The position numbers and the translations under genes are program-made. From Terriglobia bacterium (GTDB lineage: Bacteria; Acidobacteriota; Terriglobia; UBA7540), in the NCBI GenBank assembly GCA_035576145.1, contig DATLWV010000108.1, positions 1 through 24,000 on the forward strand: a stretch of 24,000 bases of DNA, read 5' to 3'. Below are positions 9,093 to 16,698 of this stretch, in pieces. Numbering within the stretch: position 1 is the first letter of the stretch; each line of letters opens with the position of its first letter. The notes under the pieces were generated by a model that ran no database searches, was not told where the DNA came from, and saw only the letters and a program-made list of their open reading frames with translations.

Positions 9093-9653
9093 ATGCCACT
9101 TACCCCACAGCAGGTCCGTCGCCGGGCTCGCAAAATCAAGCTGTTGCTGCTCGATGTTGACGGCGTCATGACCGACGGTCGCATCTACTACGTGCCGCGT
9201 CCAGAAGGCGGAATGTTTGAGACCAAAACTTTCCATTCCCGCGACGGCATTGGAATCCGCTACGCGCGCGAAGCCGGAATCAAGGTGGGCATCATCAGCG
9301 GGCGCGGTTCGGACACCGTGCGCTACCGGGCGGCGGAACTGAAGCTGGACTTTATTGAAGAAAACTCTCTCAAGAAGATTCCCCCCTATGAGCGGATTCT
9401 TCAGGCAGCAGGCGTGAAGGACAATGAAGTCTGTTACATGGGCGACGACCTGGTAGACCTTCCGATTCTGAAGCGCGTAGGATTTGCCGTGTGCGTCCAG
9501 AACGGCCACCCCCTGCTTCGAAGACACGTTCATTATGTGACCAAAGCCCCGGGTGGTCTGGGGGCTGTCCGCGAAACCATTGAGATCATTTTGGAAGCGC
9601 AGGGTAAGTGGAAGACGGTGGTGGACCGTTACCTGAACGCCAAGGAACAATAG
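9093..9653 (+). CDS. kdsC: 3-deoxy-D-manno-octulosonate 8-phosphate phosphatase (HAD superfamily)
   Basis: Within ORF 9078..9653. ATG at 9093 preceded by GAAGGA. LLLLDVDGVMTDGRIYY (HAD motif I), DGIGI, GIISGR, YMGDDLVDLP, APGGLGAVRE, collinear with KdsC. Confidence 0.88.
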   Translation: MPLTPQQVRRRARKIKLLLLDVDGVMTDGRIYYVPRPEGGMFETKTFHSRDGIGIRYAREAGIKVGIISGRGSDTVRYRAAELKLDFIEENSLKKIPPYERILQAAGVKDNEVCYMGDDLVDLPILKRVGFAVCVQNGHPLLRRHVHYVTKAPGGLGAVRETIEIILEAQGKWKTVVDRYLNAKEQ

Positions 9654-9677
9654 CGCACGAAGAAATTTTCCAGCTCT

Positions 9678-10391
9678 CTAAACCAGCGCAACAGCGCGGA
9701 TGGGCGAGCCCGATCCCGCACGGAGTTTCAGTGGCAGCGCGATGAACAGAAAGAATTCCGGAAGCTCGTCAAGGCGCGCGAGGTTCTCGATAATCAGGAC
9801 CTCTTTTTCGAGCAGCATGGGATGGACGGGATGGTCGTCAAGCGCTGCCGGAGGGTCGGGCGAAAGGGAATCAACCCCAACAGCCGCCACGGATTTGCTC
9901 ACAAGGTATTCGGCGGCATCCACGCTGACGCCCGGCCAGTCGTTAAGATAGCGTCTGTTATCCGGACTCAATCCCCAGTGTTCTGACCAGCCGAAATTGA
10001 ACAGCACGATATCGCCTGCCTCAATCGCGCCATGCTCCGCTTCCCAGTGTTGAATGAAGTGTGCTGAAATGTAATCGCCTCCCTCCAGGCCGCGGCAGTC
10101 GAGCCGCACACCGCGACCGATCAGATGGCCAGGCTCAATCTGCTCGATTGTCTTGTGCGCTTCAGCATTTCTATCGCTCACAAAGTGTACGGGCGCATCA
10201 ACGTGTGTTCCGTTGTGCTCATGCATCAGCACCTGGTAACTGAGCGACCTTCCCCCGAGCTGGTAAGATCCCCACAGGTTATGGAAAAACTTCGAGTGGG
10301 TGGGGAAATTTGGCATCCGTTCTTCGAGCGTCTGGCTCAGGTCTACAATGCGGGCCTGGCGGAGACTGGAAACCAAAGTTAAGAGGTCCAT
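9678..10391 (-). CDS. Cyclase-family metal-dependent hydrolase (kynurenine formamidase-like)
   Basis: ORF 9678..10412(-). Hallmark HNGTHVDAPVHF motif of the putative-cyclase/arylformamidase family. The ATG at 10391 (MDLLTL) is preceded by AAAGGA; a TTG at 10412 is the alternative. Confidence 0.75.
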   Translation of the reverse strand: MDLLTLVSSLRQARIVDLSQTLEERMPNFPTHSKFFHNLWGSYQLGGRSLSYQVLMHEHNGTHVDAPVHFVSDRNAEAHKTIEQIEPGHLIGRGVRLDCRGLEGGDYISAHFIQHWEAEHGAIEAGDIVLFNFGWSEHWGLSPDNRRYLNDWPGVSVDAAEYLVSKSVAAVGVDSLSPDPPAALDDHPVHPMLLEKEVLIIENLARLDELPEFFLFIALPLKLRAGSGSPIRAVALV

Positions 10392-10441
10392 GGTTCTACG
10401 TCCTTTCTTCAAAGGCGATTAGCCGGTTGAAGCCCAAGGCT

Positions 10442-11239
10442 TCAGCGCGGATTGCCAAGGTCCCTCGGACGAAAGATCATGGCAGCAGATTTCGCCACGG
10501 TCTCGCGGGGCCCGAAACGTTGGAGAAAAAGCAGAAACTTGTTCAGGAAGCGGGGAACCACCAACCCACCGCCGCGGTCGAGCGCGTGGAGCGCTTCCTC
10601 CACCACTTCTTCCGGCGATTGCATGCCACCGGGCATGTTGCGGACGCCGTAGTTTCCTGCCTCAAAAAAATTGGTGCGTGTGCTTCCCGGGCACAGCGTC
10701 ACCACGCGAATGCCGTGCGGTCGCACCTCTTCAGCCAGGCCCATCGAGAAACTTGTTACAAAAGCTTTGGTGGCGGCATAGGTGGTGGTGTAAGCCGTGG
10801 GCTGGAAGCTGACCGTCGAGGACACGTTGATGATGGCGCCCTCGCCGCGTGCGACCATGTCTGGCAGTAGAAGGTAGGTGAGGTCAACAAGCGCGTTGAT
10901 GTTTAACCGGACCATCGCCATCTGCCGGTCGAGCGGAAGATTCCAAAACTCGCCACGCGCGCCGAAAGCGGCATTATTAAAAAGCAGGCTGATGGATAGA
11001 TTTCGTTCCTTGAGAATTGCGGCAAGCTGCGGGGCCGCGTCGCGCACGCTGAGGTCCGCCGGAATAATTTCTACGTTGATCGAACAGTCCCGAACCAGGT
11101 CGGAGGCCAATTGGGTGAGTTTACCTTCCGACCGCGCTGCCAGTACCAGGTTGTGGCCGCGCCGGGCGAGGGCGCGCGCGAAGCATTCGCCAATGCCGCT
11201 TGAAGCCCCGGTAATGAGTGCGTAGCTGTCGGCTGCCAT
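10442..11239 (-). CDS. Short-chain dehydrogenase/reductase (classical SDR)
   Basis: 265-aa ORF. TGASSGIG cofactor motif, NNAA, catalytic YAATK. Lies 6 nt downstream of the kinase gene on the same strand. Confidence 0.9.
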   Translation of the reverse strand: MAADSYALITGASSGIGECFARALARRGHNLVLAARSEGKLTQLASDLVRDCSINVEIIPADLSVRDAAPQLAAILKERNLSISLLFNNAAFGARGEFWNLPLDRQMAMVRLNINALVDLTYLLLPDMVARGEGAIINVSSTVSFQPTAYTTTYAATKAFVTSFSMGLAEEVRPHGIRVVTLCPGSTRTNFFEAGNYGVRNMPGGMQSPEEVVEEALHALDRGGGLVVPRFLNKFLLFLQRFGPRETVAKSAAMIFRPRDLGNPR

Positions 11240-11245
11240 TGCTCT

Positions 11246-12247
11246 TTAAGCGCGCCGCGAGTTTCTTGTTCCACGAGGTCGCAGGTTCTTGCCTCCCGCG
11301 CGTGGAAGCTTTGCATAGTCAGAATTGCGATGTCGCGTCCCGGTGGCCATCAGCATTTCAGCATCAGCGCGGGTTGCGATGCCGCCGCGTGCCCCAAGGC
11401 GCGTACAATTCAGCCCGGCCATGGCGTTTGAAAAGTCCAGGATCCGTTCGATATCCCATCCCTCGAGCAGCCCGTAAGCAAATGCCCCGTGGAAGATATC
11501 GCCCGCCCCTGTCGTGTCCACGGTCTCCACCACGAATCCAGGGGAATAAAAGAACCGCCCCTCGCTGTAAACCAGCGCACCGTCGCGGCCCAACGTCATT
11601 CCCGGAGCGCGGATTTTATATTCCCGCGCCATATATTCCAGCACGAGAAACGGGTCATTCCGGCCGGTGACAGCAGGCAGAAAATTGGCCGAGGCGATCA
11701 GGTAGTCGATCAACGGAAAAATCTGTTCCACATCTTTATAAACGGTGTCGAGGTCTGCGACGACAGGCATCCCAGCCTTGCGCGCCCATTTGGCCGCCTG
11801 GGCGCACGCGGCGGAATCGCACCCGTCAATGTGCAGGACCCTCGCCGAGGTGATGGCTTCAGGCTTTAATTCCTGCTGGGTAACGGCCAGGCGTTTGTCG
11901 CGGTCCCAGAAGACCGTCCGTTCGCCGGTGGCCTGGTCGACGATGATCAGTCCGAACTGTGTGGCGGCGCCGGGTGTGACATGGGTGTACTGGACATCGA
12001 GTCCTTCGTCACGGAGGCTCTGCAGCTGGAAGCGGCCGGCTTCGTCGTCGCCAACCTTGCCGATGTAACGCGCTTTGAGGCCCAGCCGCTGGCAGGCGAC
12101 AAGCGCCGTGGCCACCTGCCCGCCCGCCTGCCGGGACAGGGATACAACGCGTTCTTTCCCTCCCAGAGGCGGAAACTCGCGGACCATCAGCACCGTGTCG
12201 GTAGCGTTCAACCCGAGACCTGCAACGTCTGCCTTGTTTTGTCGCAC
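11246..12247 (-). CDS. PfkB/ribokinase-family carbohydrate kinase
   Basis: ORF 11246..12274(-). DTTGAGDIFHGAF (PfkB signature 2), N-terminal GLGLNATD...GGQVA. Preferred start is GTG at 12247, preceded by AGGAGA (12254-12259) with a 6-nt spacer. Confidence 0.85.
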   Translation of the reverse strand: MRQNKADVAGLGLNATDTVLMVREFPPLGGKERVVSLSRQAGGQVATALVACQRLGLKARYIGKVGDDEAGRFQLQSLRDEGLDVQYTHVTPGAATQFGLIIVDQATGERTVFWDRDKRLAVTQQELKPEAITSARVLHIDGCDSAACAQAAKWARKAGMPVVADLDTVYKDVEQIFPLIDYLIASANFLPAVTGRNDPFLVLEYMAREYKIRAPGMTLGRDGALVYSEGRFFYSPGFVVETVDTTGAGDIFHGAFAYGLLEGWDIERILDFSNAMAGLNCTRLGARGGIATRADAEMLMATGTRHRNSDYAKLPRAGGKNLRPRGTRNSRRA

Positions 12248-12304
12248 CTGGTTTCTCCTGCAGGAACAAAGCATTGGATGCTATCGCCGATGGTCTTGAT
12301 CCTG

Positions 12305-12320
12305 CAACAAAATTTTGTTG
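12305..12320. promoter_or_regulatory. Perfect 16-bp palindrome CAACAAAATTTTGTTG in the divergent intergenic region (candidate operator)
   Basis: Read directly: CAACAAAA/TTTTGTTG, no mismatch. Lies 58 nt upstream of the minus-strand kinase start and about 190 nt upstream of the Gfo/Idh/MocA gene. Confidence 0.35.
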
Positions 12321-12511
12321 GGAGTTGCGCGCCGGGCGCTGAAGTGGCCAGAAGCTGTTCTTTTGTGTTTCAACGGCGAGGGTTTGTAGAGGCGATTTGG
12401 AATTCGAGTTCACACAGCCTTGTGTTATCTTGAAGGGTCGTCTTTAACGGTCCTGTTTCCCGCACTTGAATGGCGGGACCGCAAAGCCGGAGTTTCCTTG
12501 AAGGAGCGATG

Positions 12512-13603
12512 ATGGACAAGGTGAGGGTGGGTGTTATCGGATCGGCATTTGTATCAAACCTTCATGCGGAGGCGTTTCAGGAAGTTCATGAGGCCCAGCT
12601 TGTCGCAGCATGCTCTCCCAACAAAGACCATGTTGAGGAGTTTGCTCGCAAGTGGAAGATACCTGTGGCCGTGACGGATTACCGGGAGCTCATGGAGCGG
12701 AAAGACGTAGACGTAGTCGTGGTGGGCATTCCCAATGATCTGCACCGGGAGGTCGTTGTGGCTGCGGCCGAGGCCGGCAAGCACATCATCCTTGAAAAGC
12801 CCATTGCACACACGCTGGCAGACGCCGACGCGATGATTGCCGCCTGCAAGAAGCAGAACGTCAAGCTGATGTACGCGGAAACCATCTGCTTTTCGCCCAA
12901 GTACGTTCGCGCCAAGCAACTGGTTGATGAAAGGGCCATCGGCGATCTTTACATGGCCAAGCAGAGTGAAAAACACTCCGGGCCACACTCGGGTTGGTTC
13001 TACGATGTCAACCGCTCAGGCGGCGGGGCGCTGATGGACATGGGGTGCCACGGCATCGAATGGACCCGTTGGGTGTATGGCAAGCCAAAGGTCAAGAGCG
13101 TAACCGCCCACTGCCAGCTTGTTTATCACAAGGGAAGGACGCAGGGCGATGACAATTCTTTGGTGGTTGTTGAATTTGAAAACGGCGGTATCTCCGTGAT
13201 CGAAGACAGCTGGGCGCGCCACGGAGGCATGGATGATCGCGCCGACCTTTACGGGACCGAGGGGGTCATCCACTGCGACCTGCTGCGCGGCAGCTCCATG
13301 GAAACTTATAGTAAGAGCGGCTACGGATATGCCGTGGAAAAGGCCGGAGAAACAAAAGGGTGGACTTTTACAGTATTTGAGGAAGCCTACCTTTATGGCT
13401 TTCCACATGAGATGCGGCACTTCACTCGGGCAGTGCTGGGTGAAGCGGAACCGATGGAAACTGGCGAGGACGGGCGTGCAACACTGGAGATTATTTACGC
13501 TGCCTACGAGTCTGCCGCCACCGGCAAGCGAATCACATGGCCATATAAACCCAAAAATCCCGGCCAGGTGCCTGTAGCTCCATGGCTTAACCGGGAACGC
13601 TGA
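12512..13603 (+). CDS. Gfo/Idh/MocA-family NAD(P)-dependent oxidoreductase
   Basis: Within ORF 12470..13603. N-terminal Rossmann VRVGVIGSAFVSNLHAEAF, then EKP motif (ILEKPIA). AAGGAG at 12501-12506 favours the ATG at 12512 (MDKVRV) over 12509. Confidence 0.88.
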   Translation: MDKVRVGVIGSAFVSNLHAEAFQEVHEAQLVAACSPNKDHVEEFARKWKIPVAVTDYRELMERKDVDVVVVGIPNDLHREVVVAAAEAGKHIILEKPIAHTLADADAMIAACKKQNVKLMYAETICFSPKYVRAKQLVDERAIGDLYMAKQSEKHSGPHSGWFYDVNRSGGGALMDMGCHGIEWTRWVYGKPKVKSVTAHCQLVYHKGRTQGDDNSLVVVEFENGGISVIEDSWARHGGMDDRADLYGTEGVIHCDLLRGSSMETYSKSGYGYAVEKAGETKGWTFTVFEEAYLYGFPHEMRHFTRAVLGEAEPMETGEDGRATLEIIYAAYESAATGKRITWPYKPKNPGQVPVAPWLNRER

Positions 13604-13638
13604 CAGAGGTTTGCCGCAGGGACAAAGAGTGCGAAATC

Positions 13639-13678
13639 GTAAAACGTTTTGACACTCGAAAGGAAAACGTAGTAAAAA
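13639..13678 (+). promoter_or_regulatory. Candidate promoter with overlapping palindromic operator upstream of the SIS-kinase-amidohydrolase-YjbQ genes
   Basis: AAAACGTTTT, a perfect 10-bp palindrome (13641-13650; extended GTAAAACGTTTTGAC has one mismatched pair), overlaps TTGACA (13649-13654). A/T-rich -10-like hexamers (GTAAAA/TAAAAA) lie 17-18 nt downstream. Sits in an AT-rich 189-bp intergenic region. Confidence 0.3.
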
Positions 13679-13792
13679 GAAACATACCGTAATTAGGGTA
13701 AATTGCAGCCGTGTCTTTGCTGCATAAATCCTACACCGAACACGTACTCCAATTGAATTGTAAGTCTTCGTAAGTATGAAGGAGGCAGTAGA

Positions 13793-14875
13793 GTGAGCGA
13801 AATTCTAGATGGGCGAGGGCATCGGAGCTACGAAGAAATCATGTCAGAGCCCGGCGTCTGGGCGGCGACTTTGCAGGAGCTTGAAGAGAACGGCCGCTAT
13901 GACGAAGTTCTGAAGCCTCTTGACAAGGCTGATGAGTGGATTTTTGTTGGTTGTGGGTCAAGCTACTATGCGGCGCAGGCCGCAGCGTGGAGTTGGACCG
14001 CCGTCACGGGCCAGCGGGCAAAGGCCGTGCCGGCTTCTGAACTTCTGTTTTATCCGGACCATGTGCTGGGAGAAGGCAAGTGCCAGCCCGTCCTGATTTC
14101 ACGTTCGGGGCACACCACCGAGATGTTGATGGCGGCCGACTACCTGGAGAAGGAACGCAACATTCGGACTCTGGCGGTCAGTTGCGCGACGGAGAAGGAG
14201 CTTGAAAAACTGGTGACCTCCACTCTGCTGCTTCCGGCGGCAGATGAGCGGAGCACCGTGATGACCCGTTCCTTCAGCACCATGCTGCTGGGTTTGCAGG
14301 CTCTGGCGGGCTGGGCCAGTGGGCGCAAGGAATTTCTGGAGGCGCTCAATCAGATGCCGGGGCAGGCACAACAGGCGCTGGAGCGGCTGCAGCCCTGCAT
14401 TGAAAAGTTTGCCAGCTCAAACGAATTTGCCGATTACATTTTCCTGGGGCAAGGACCGTTTTTCGGGATTGCGTCCGAAGGGCAGTTGAAGGTGACGGAG
14501 ATGTCCTGCTCTTATGCGCAGGTTTTTCATACGTTGGAATTCCGCCATGGTCCCAAGTCGATTGTAAGCCCGCAAACGCTGCTGACTTTCTTCCTGGCGG
14601 AGAGCACGGGAACTTCCGAGCAGGAAGTTCTGGAAGAGATGAAAGAACTGGGCGGCACGACGCTGGTGATCACCAACCGCGCGAATGACAACGTTCGCCG
14701 CGCGGCCGACGTGGTGATTGAGCTGGAACTGGACGTTCCTGAGGTGGCGCGCCTGGCGCCGCACATTCTGGCCGCGCAGTTGATGGGCCTGTACCTGGGA
14801 CTCAAGCGAGGATTCGATCCTGACGAGCCGCGGCATCTGAGCCGTGTGGTTGTGCTGAAGGAAAAGGCTGAATAG
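13793..14875 (+). CDS. Double-SIS sugar-phosphate isomerase/deaminase/deglycase (GlmS-isomerase-domain-like; AgaS/FrlB/NagB-II type)
   Basis: 360-aa ORF. GTG start with GGAGG (13781-13785) 7 nt upstream. EIMSEPGVW, GCGSSYYA, SRSGHTTE, EGQLKVTEMS...EFRHGP, C-terminal DPDEPRHLSRVVVL. No HTH and no amidotransferase domain. Confidence 0.85.
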   Translation: MSEILDGRGHRSYEEIMSEPGVWAATLQELEENGRYDEVLKPLDKADEWIFVGCGSSYYAAQAAAWSWTAVTGQRAKAVPASELLFYPDHVLGEGKCQPVLISRSGHTTEMLMAADYLEKERNIRTLAVSCATEKELEKLVTSTLLLPAADERSTVMTRSFSTMLLGLQALAGWASGRKEFLEALNQMPGQAQQALERLQPCIEKFASSNEFADYIFLGQGPFFGIASEGQLKVTEMSCSYAQVFHTLEFRHGPKSIVSPQTLLTFFLAESTGTSEQEVLEEMKELGGTTLVITNRANDNVRRAADVVIELELDVPEVARLAPHILAAQLMGLYLGLKRGFDPDEPRHLSRVVVLKEKAE

Positions 14876-14884
14876 GGACTCAGG

Positions 14885-15829
14885 ATGGCGCAATTCGACG
14901 TGACGGTGGCCGGCGAGCTGAACCTCGACCTTATCCTTTACGGATTGCCGGATGAACTTGAGCCGGAAAAGGAACTTCTGTCGAGCGATTTGGCCCTGAC
15001 CCTGGGAAGCTCTTCCGCTATCTTTGCCCACAACCTGGCGGTAATTGGCAACCATGTTGGCTTTATTTCCCGCATCGGCACCGACCCGTTGGGAAAGATC
15101 GCTCTGGAGCGGCTTGCCTCGGGCGGTGTGGATGTAAGCCATGTGCGAAGCGTGGCAGGAGCGGCCAAGACGGGACTAACCGTTATTGTCACGGGGTCTG
15201 GCAGCCGTCGGATTTTGACGTATCCCGGAGCGATGTTTGAAATGGGATACGACGACCTTGACCTTGATTACCTTCGCTCCGGCAGACACTTCCACCTTTC
15301 TTCGTTTTACCTGCACCGGGCGCTGCGGCCGCGCATTCCTGAGCTTTATGAACAGATGAAGCGGGCAGGGCTTGGCACTTCTCTGGATACCAACGACGAT
15401 CCTGACGACCGCTGGGAAGGGTTGGACGACGTTCTTCCTCTTGTGGATGTCCTGTTCGTGAATGAGCGCGAGGCGGTGAGAATTGCGCGCCAAGAAGCTC
15501 TGGAAGCAGCCGTCGAGAAACTGGCCGGCCGGGTGAAGATGGTTGCCGTCAAACTGGGGGCAAAGGGCGCGAGGGTGCGACGCGGCAGTCAGGAATGGAC
15601 GCACTCCGGTTATGCCGTAAGCGCTGTTGATCCTGTGGGCGCGGGAGACAGCTTTGACGCAGGATTTTTGGACCGGTACGTTCGCGGGGCCGACCCGCAG
15701 GCATGCCTGGCCGGCGGAAACCTCGCAGGCGCATTTTCAACCACGCGTCCCGGTGGTACGGAGGCTTTCCGCGAACAGCCGAAATGGCAGGAATTTTTAC
15801 AAAAGCATGGGAACGAGGCGGCAGCATGA
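14885..15829 (+). CDS. PfkB-family carbohydrate kinase (second copy in locus)
   Basis: 314-aa ORF starting 9 nt after the SIS gene. DPVGAGDSFDAGF signature, with the N-terminal GELNLDL pattern typical of ribokinase-like kinases. Confidence 0.85.
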   Translation: MAQFDVTVAGELNLDLILYGLPDELEPEKELLSSDLALTLGSSSAIFAHNLAVIGNHVGFISRIGTDPLGKIALERLASGGVDVSHVRSVAGAAKTGLTVIVTGSGSRRILTYPGAMFEMGYDDLDLDYLRSGRHFHLSSFYLHRALRPRIPELYEQMKRAGLGTSLDTNDDPDDRWEGLDDVLPLVDVLFVNEREAVRIARQEALEAAVEKLAGRVKMVAVKLGAKGARVRRGSQEWTHSGYAVSAVDPVGAGDSFDAGFLDRYVRGADPQACLAGGNLAGAFSTTRPGGTEAFREQPKWQEFLQKHGNEAAA

Positions 15830-16671
15830 GAATCGATTTTCATACGCACCCGGTACTGATTCAGGAAATGGTGGACAAGTATCCGAATTATGCCCGCATG
15901 GCGCGGGACATTTTCCAGATTGGCAACAACTTTCAACCGCTGGAAACTTTCCACTTGCAGATGGACGTGGCGGGCATTGACCGTGCGGTCCTGCTGCCGA
16001 TCGATTGCGAAAGGGCGCGCGGCGATGCCGTCAGCTCAAATGAGCAGGTGGCGGAACTGTGTTCCACCAGCGACCGCTTCATCGGCTTTGCCAGCGTGGA
16101 CCCGCTGAAGACTGGGGCCGTAAAGGAACTGGAGCACGCCATCAAGAAGATGGGCATGAAGGGACTCAAACTCGACGCCGCCCTCCAGGATTTTGAACTG
16201 CGGGACAGCAAAGTGTACGAGCTTTACGAAGCAGCGGAGGGTTTGAATATTCCCGTGCTGCTGCACACGGGTATGAGCTGGGCGCCGGCCACGCTGATCG
16301 AGCGCGGCCATCCGATGCTGCTGGAAGAAGCCATTGCGCGCTTCAAGAAACTCAACTTTGTGCTGGCGCACTGGGGCTGGCCCTGGGTGTGGGAGGCTAC
16401 CGCTCTGGCGCTGAAGTATCCCAACGTTTATCTCGACACTTCGTGCCTTTACTACGACGGCCCGAAAGAGTTTTATCAGTTTGTTTTCTCAAAGCAGATC
16501 CCAACCACAGTGCTGGAGCGCAGCCTGCGCAACCGGATGGTTTTCGGCTCAAACTATCCGCGGGTCGAAATCAAGAACATGGTGCACGCGCTCTGCACGC
16601 TGGAGCTGACGGAAGCCTGTCTTAAAAAGGTTTTTGAAGAGAATCCCGGCCGGTTGCTGGGTCTCAAATAA
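15826..16671 (+). CDS. Amidohydrolase-2 (TIM-barrel metal-dependent hydrolase) family protein
   Basis: Within ORF 15703..16671. The ATG at 15826 gives MRIDFHTHPV (HxH metal motif) and forms an ATGA start/stop overlap with the kinase gene (15826-15829). Later motifs: VLLHTG, LAHWGWPW, DTS. Confidence 0.82.
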   Translation: MRIDFHTHPVLIQEMVDKYPNYARMARDIFQIGNNFQPLETFHLQMDVAGIDRAVLLPIDCERARGDAVSSNEQVAELCSTSDRFIGFASVDPLKTGAVKELEHAIKKMGMKGLKLDAALQDFELRDSKVYELYEAAEGLNIPVLLHTGMSWAPATLIERGHPMLLEEAIARFKKLNFVLAHWGWPWVWEATALALKYPNVYLDTSCLYYDGPKEFYQFVFSKQIPTTVLERSLRNRMVFGSNYPRVEIKNMVHALCTLELTEACLKKVFEENPGRLLGLK

Positions 16672-16698
16672 GAGGGGGATACAAGGCGGGTAAAGGCC

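Noticed and set aside
8835-9650. 271-aa minus-strand ORF
   Set aside because: It is antisense to kdsC and the end of the YdeI-family gene, which both have clear family motifs. It is a shadow ORF.
14417-15142. 241-aa minus-strand ORF, plus similar antisense ORFs at 15176..15604, 18175..18693 and 19723..20364
   Set aside because: All lie antisense to well-supported genes (SIS, PfkB, TonB-dependent receptor) and have no motifs.
15703-15825. N-terminal extension of the amidohydrolase ORF
   Set aside because: It lies inside the 3' end of the PfkB kinase gene in another frame. The HxH metal motif follows directly after the ATG at 15826, which forms an ATGA overlap with the kinase stop.
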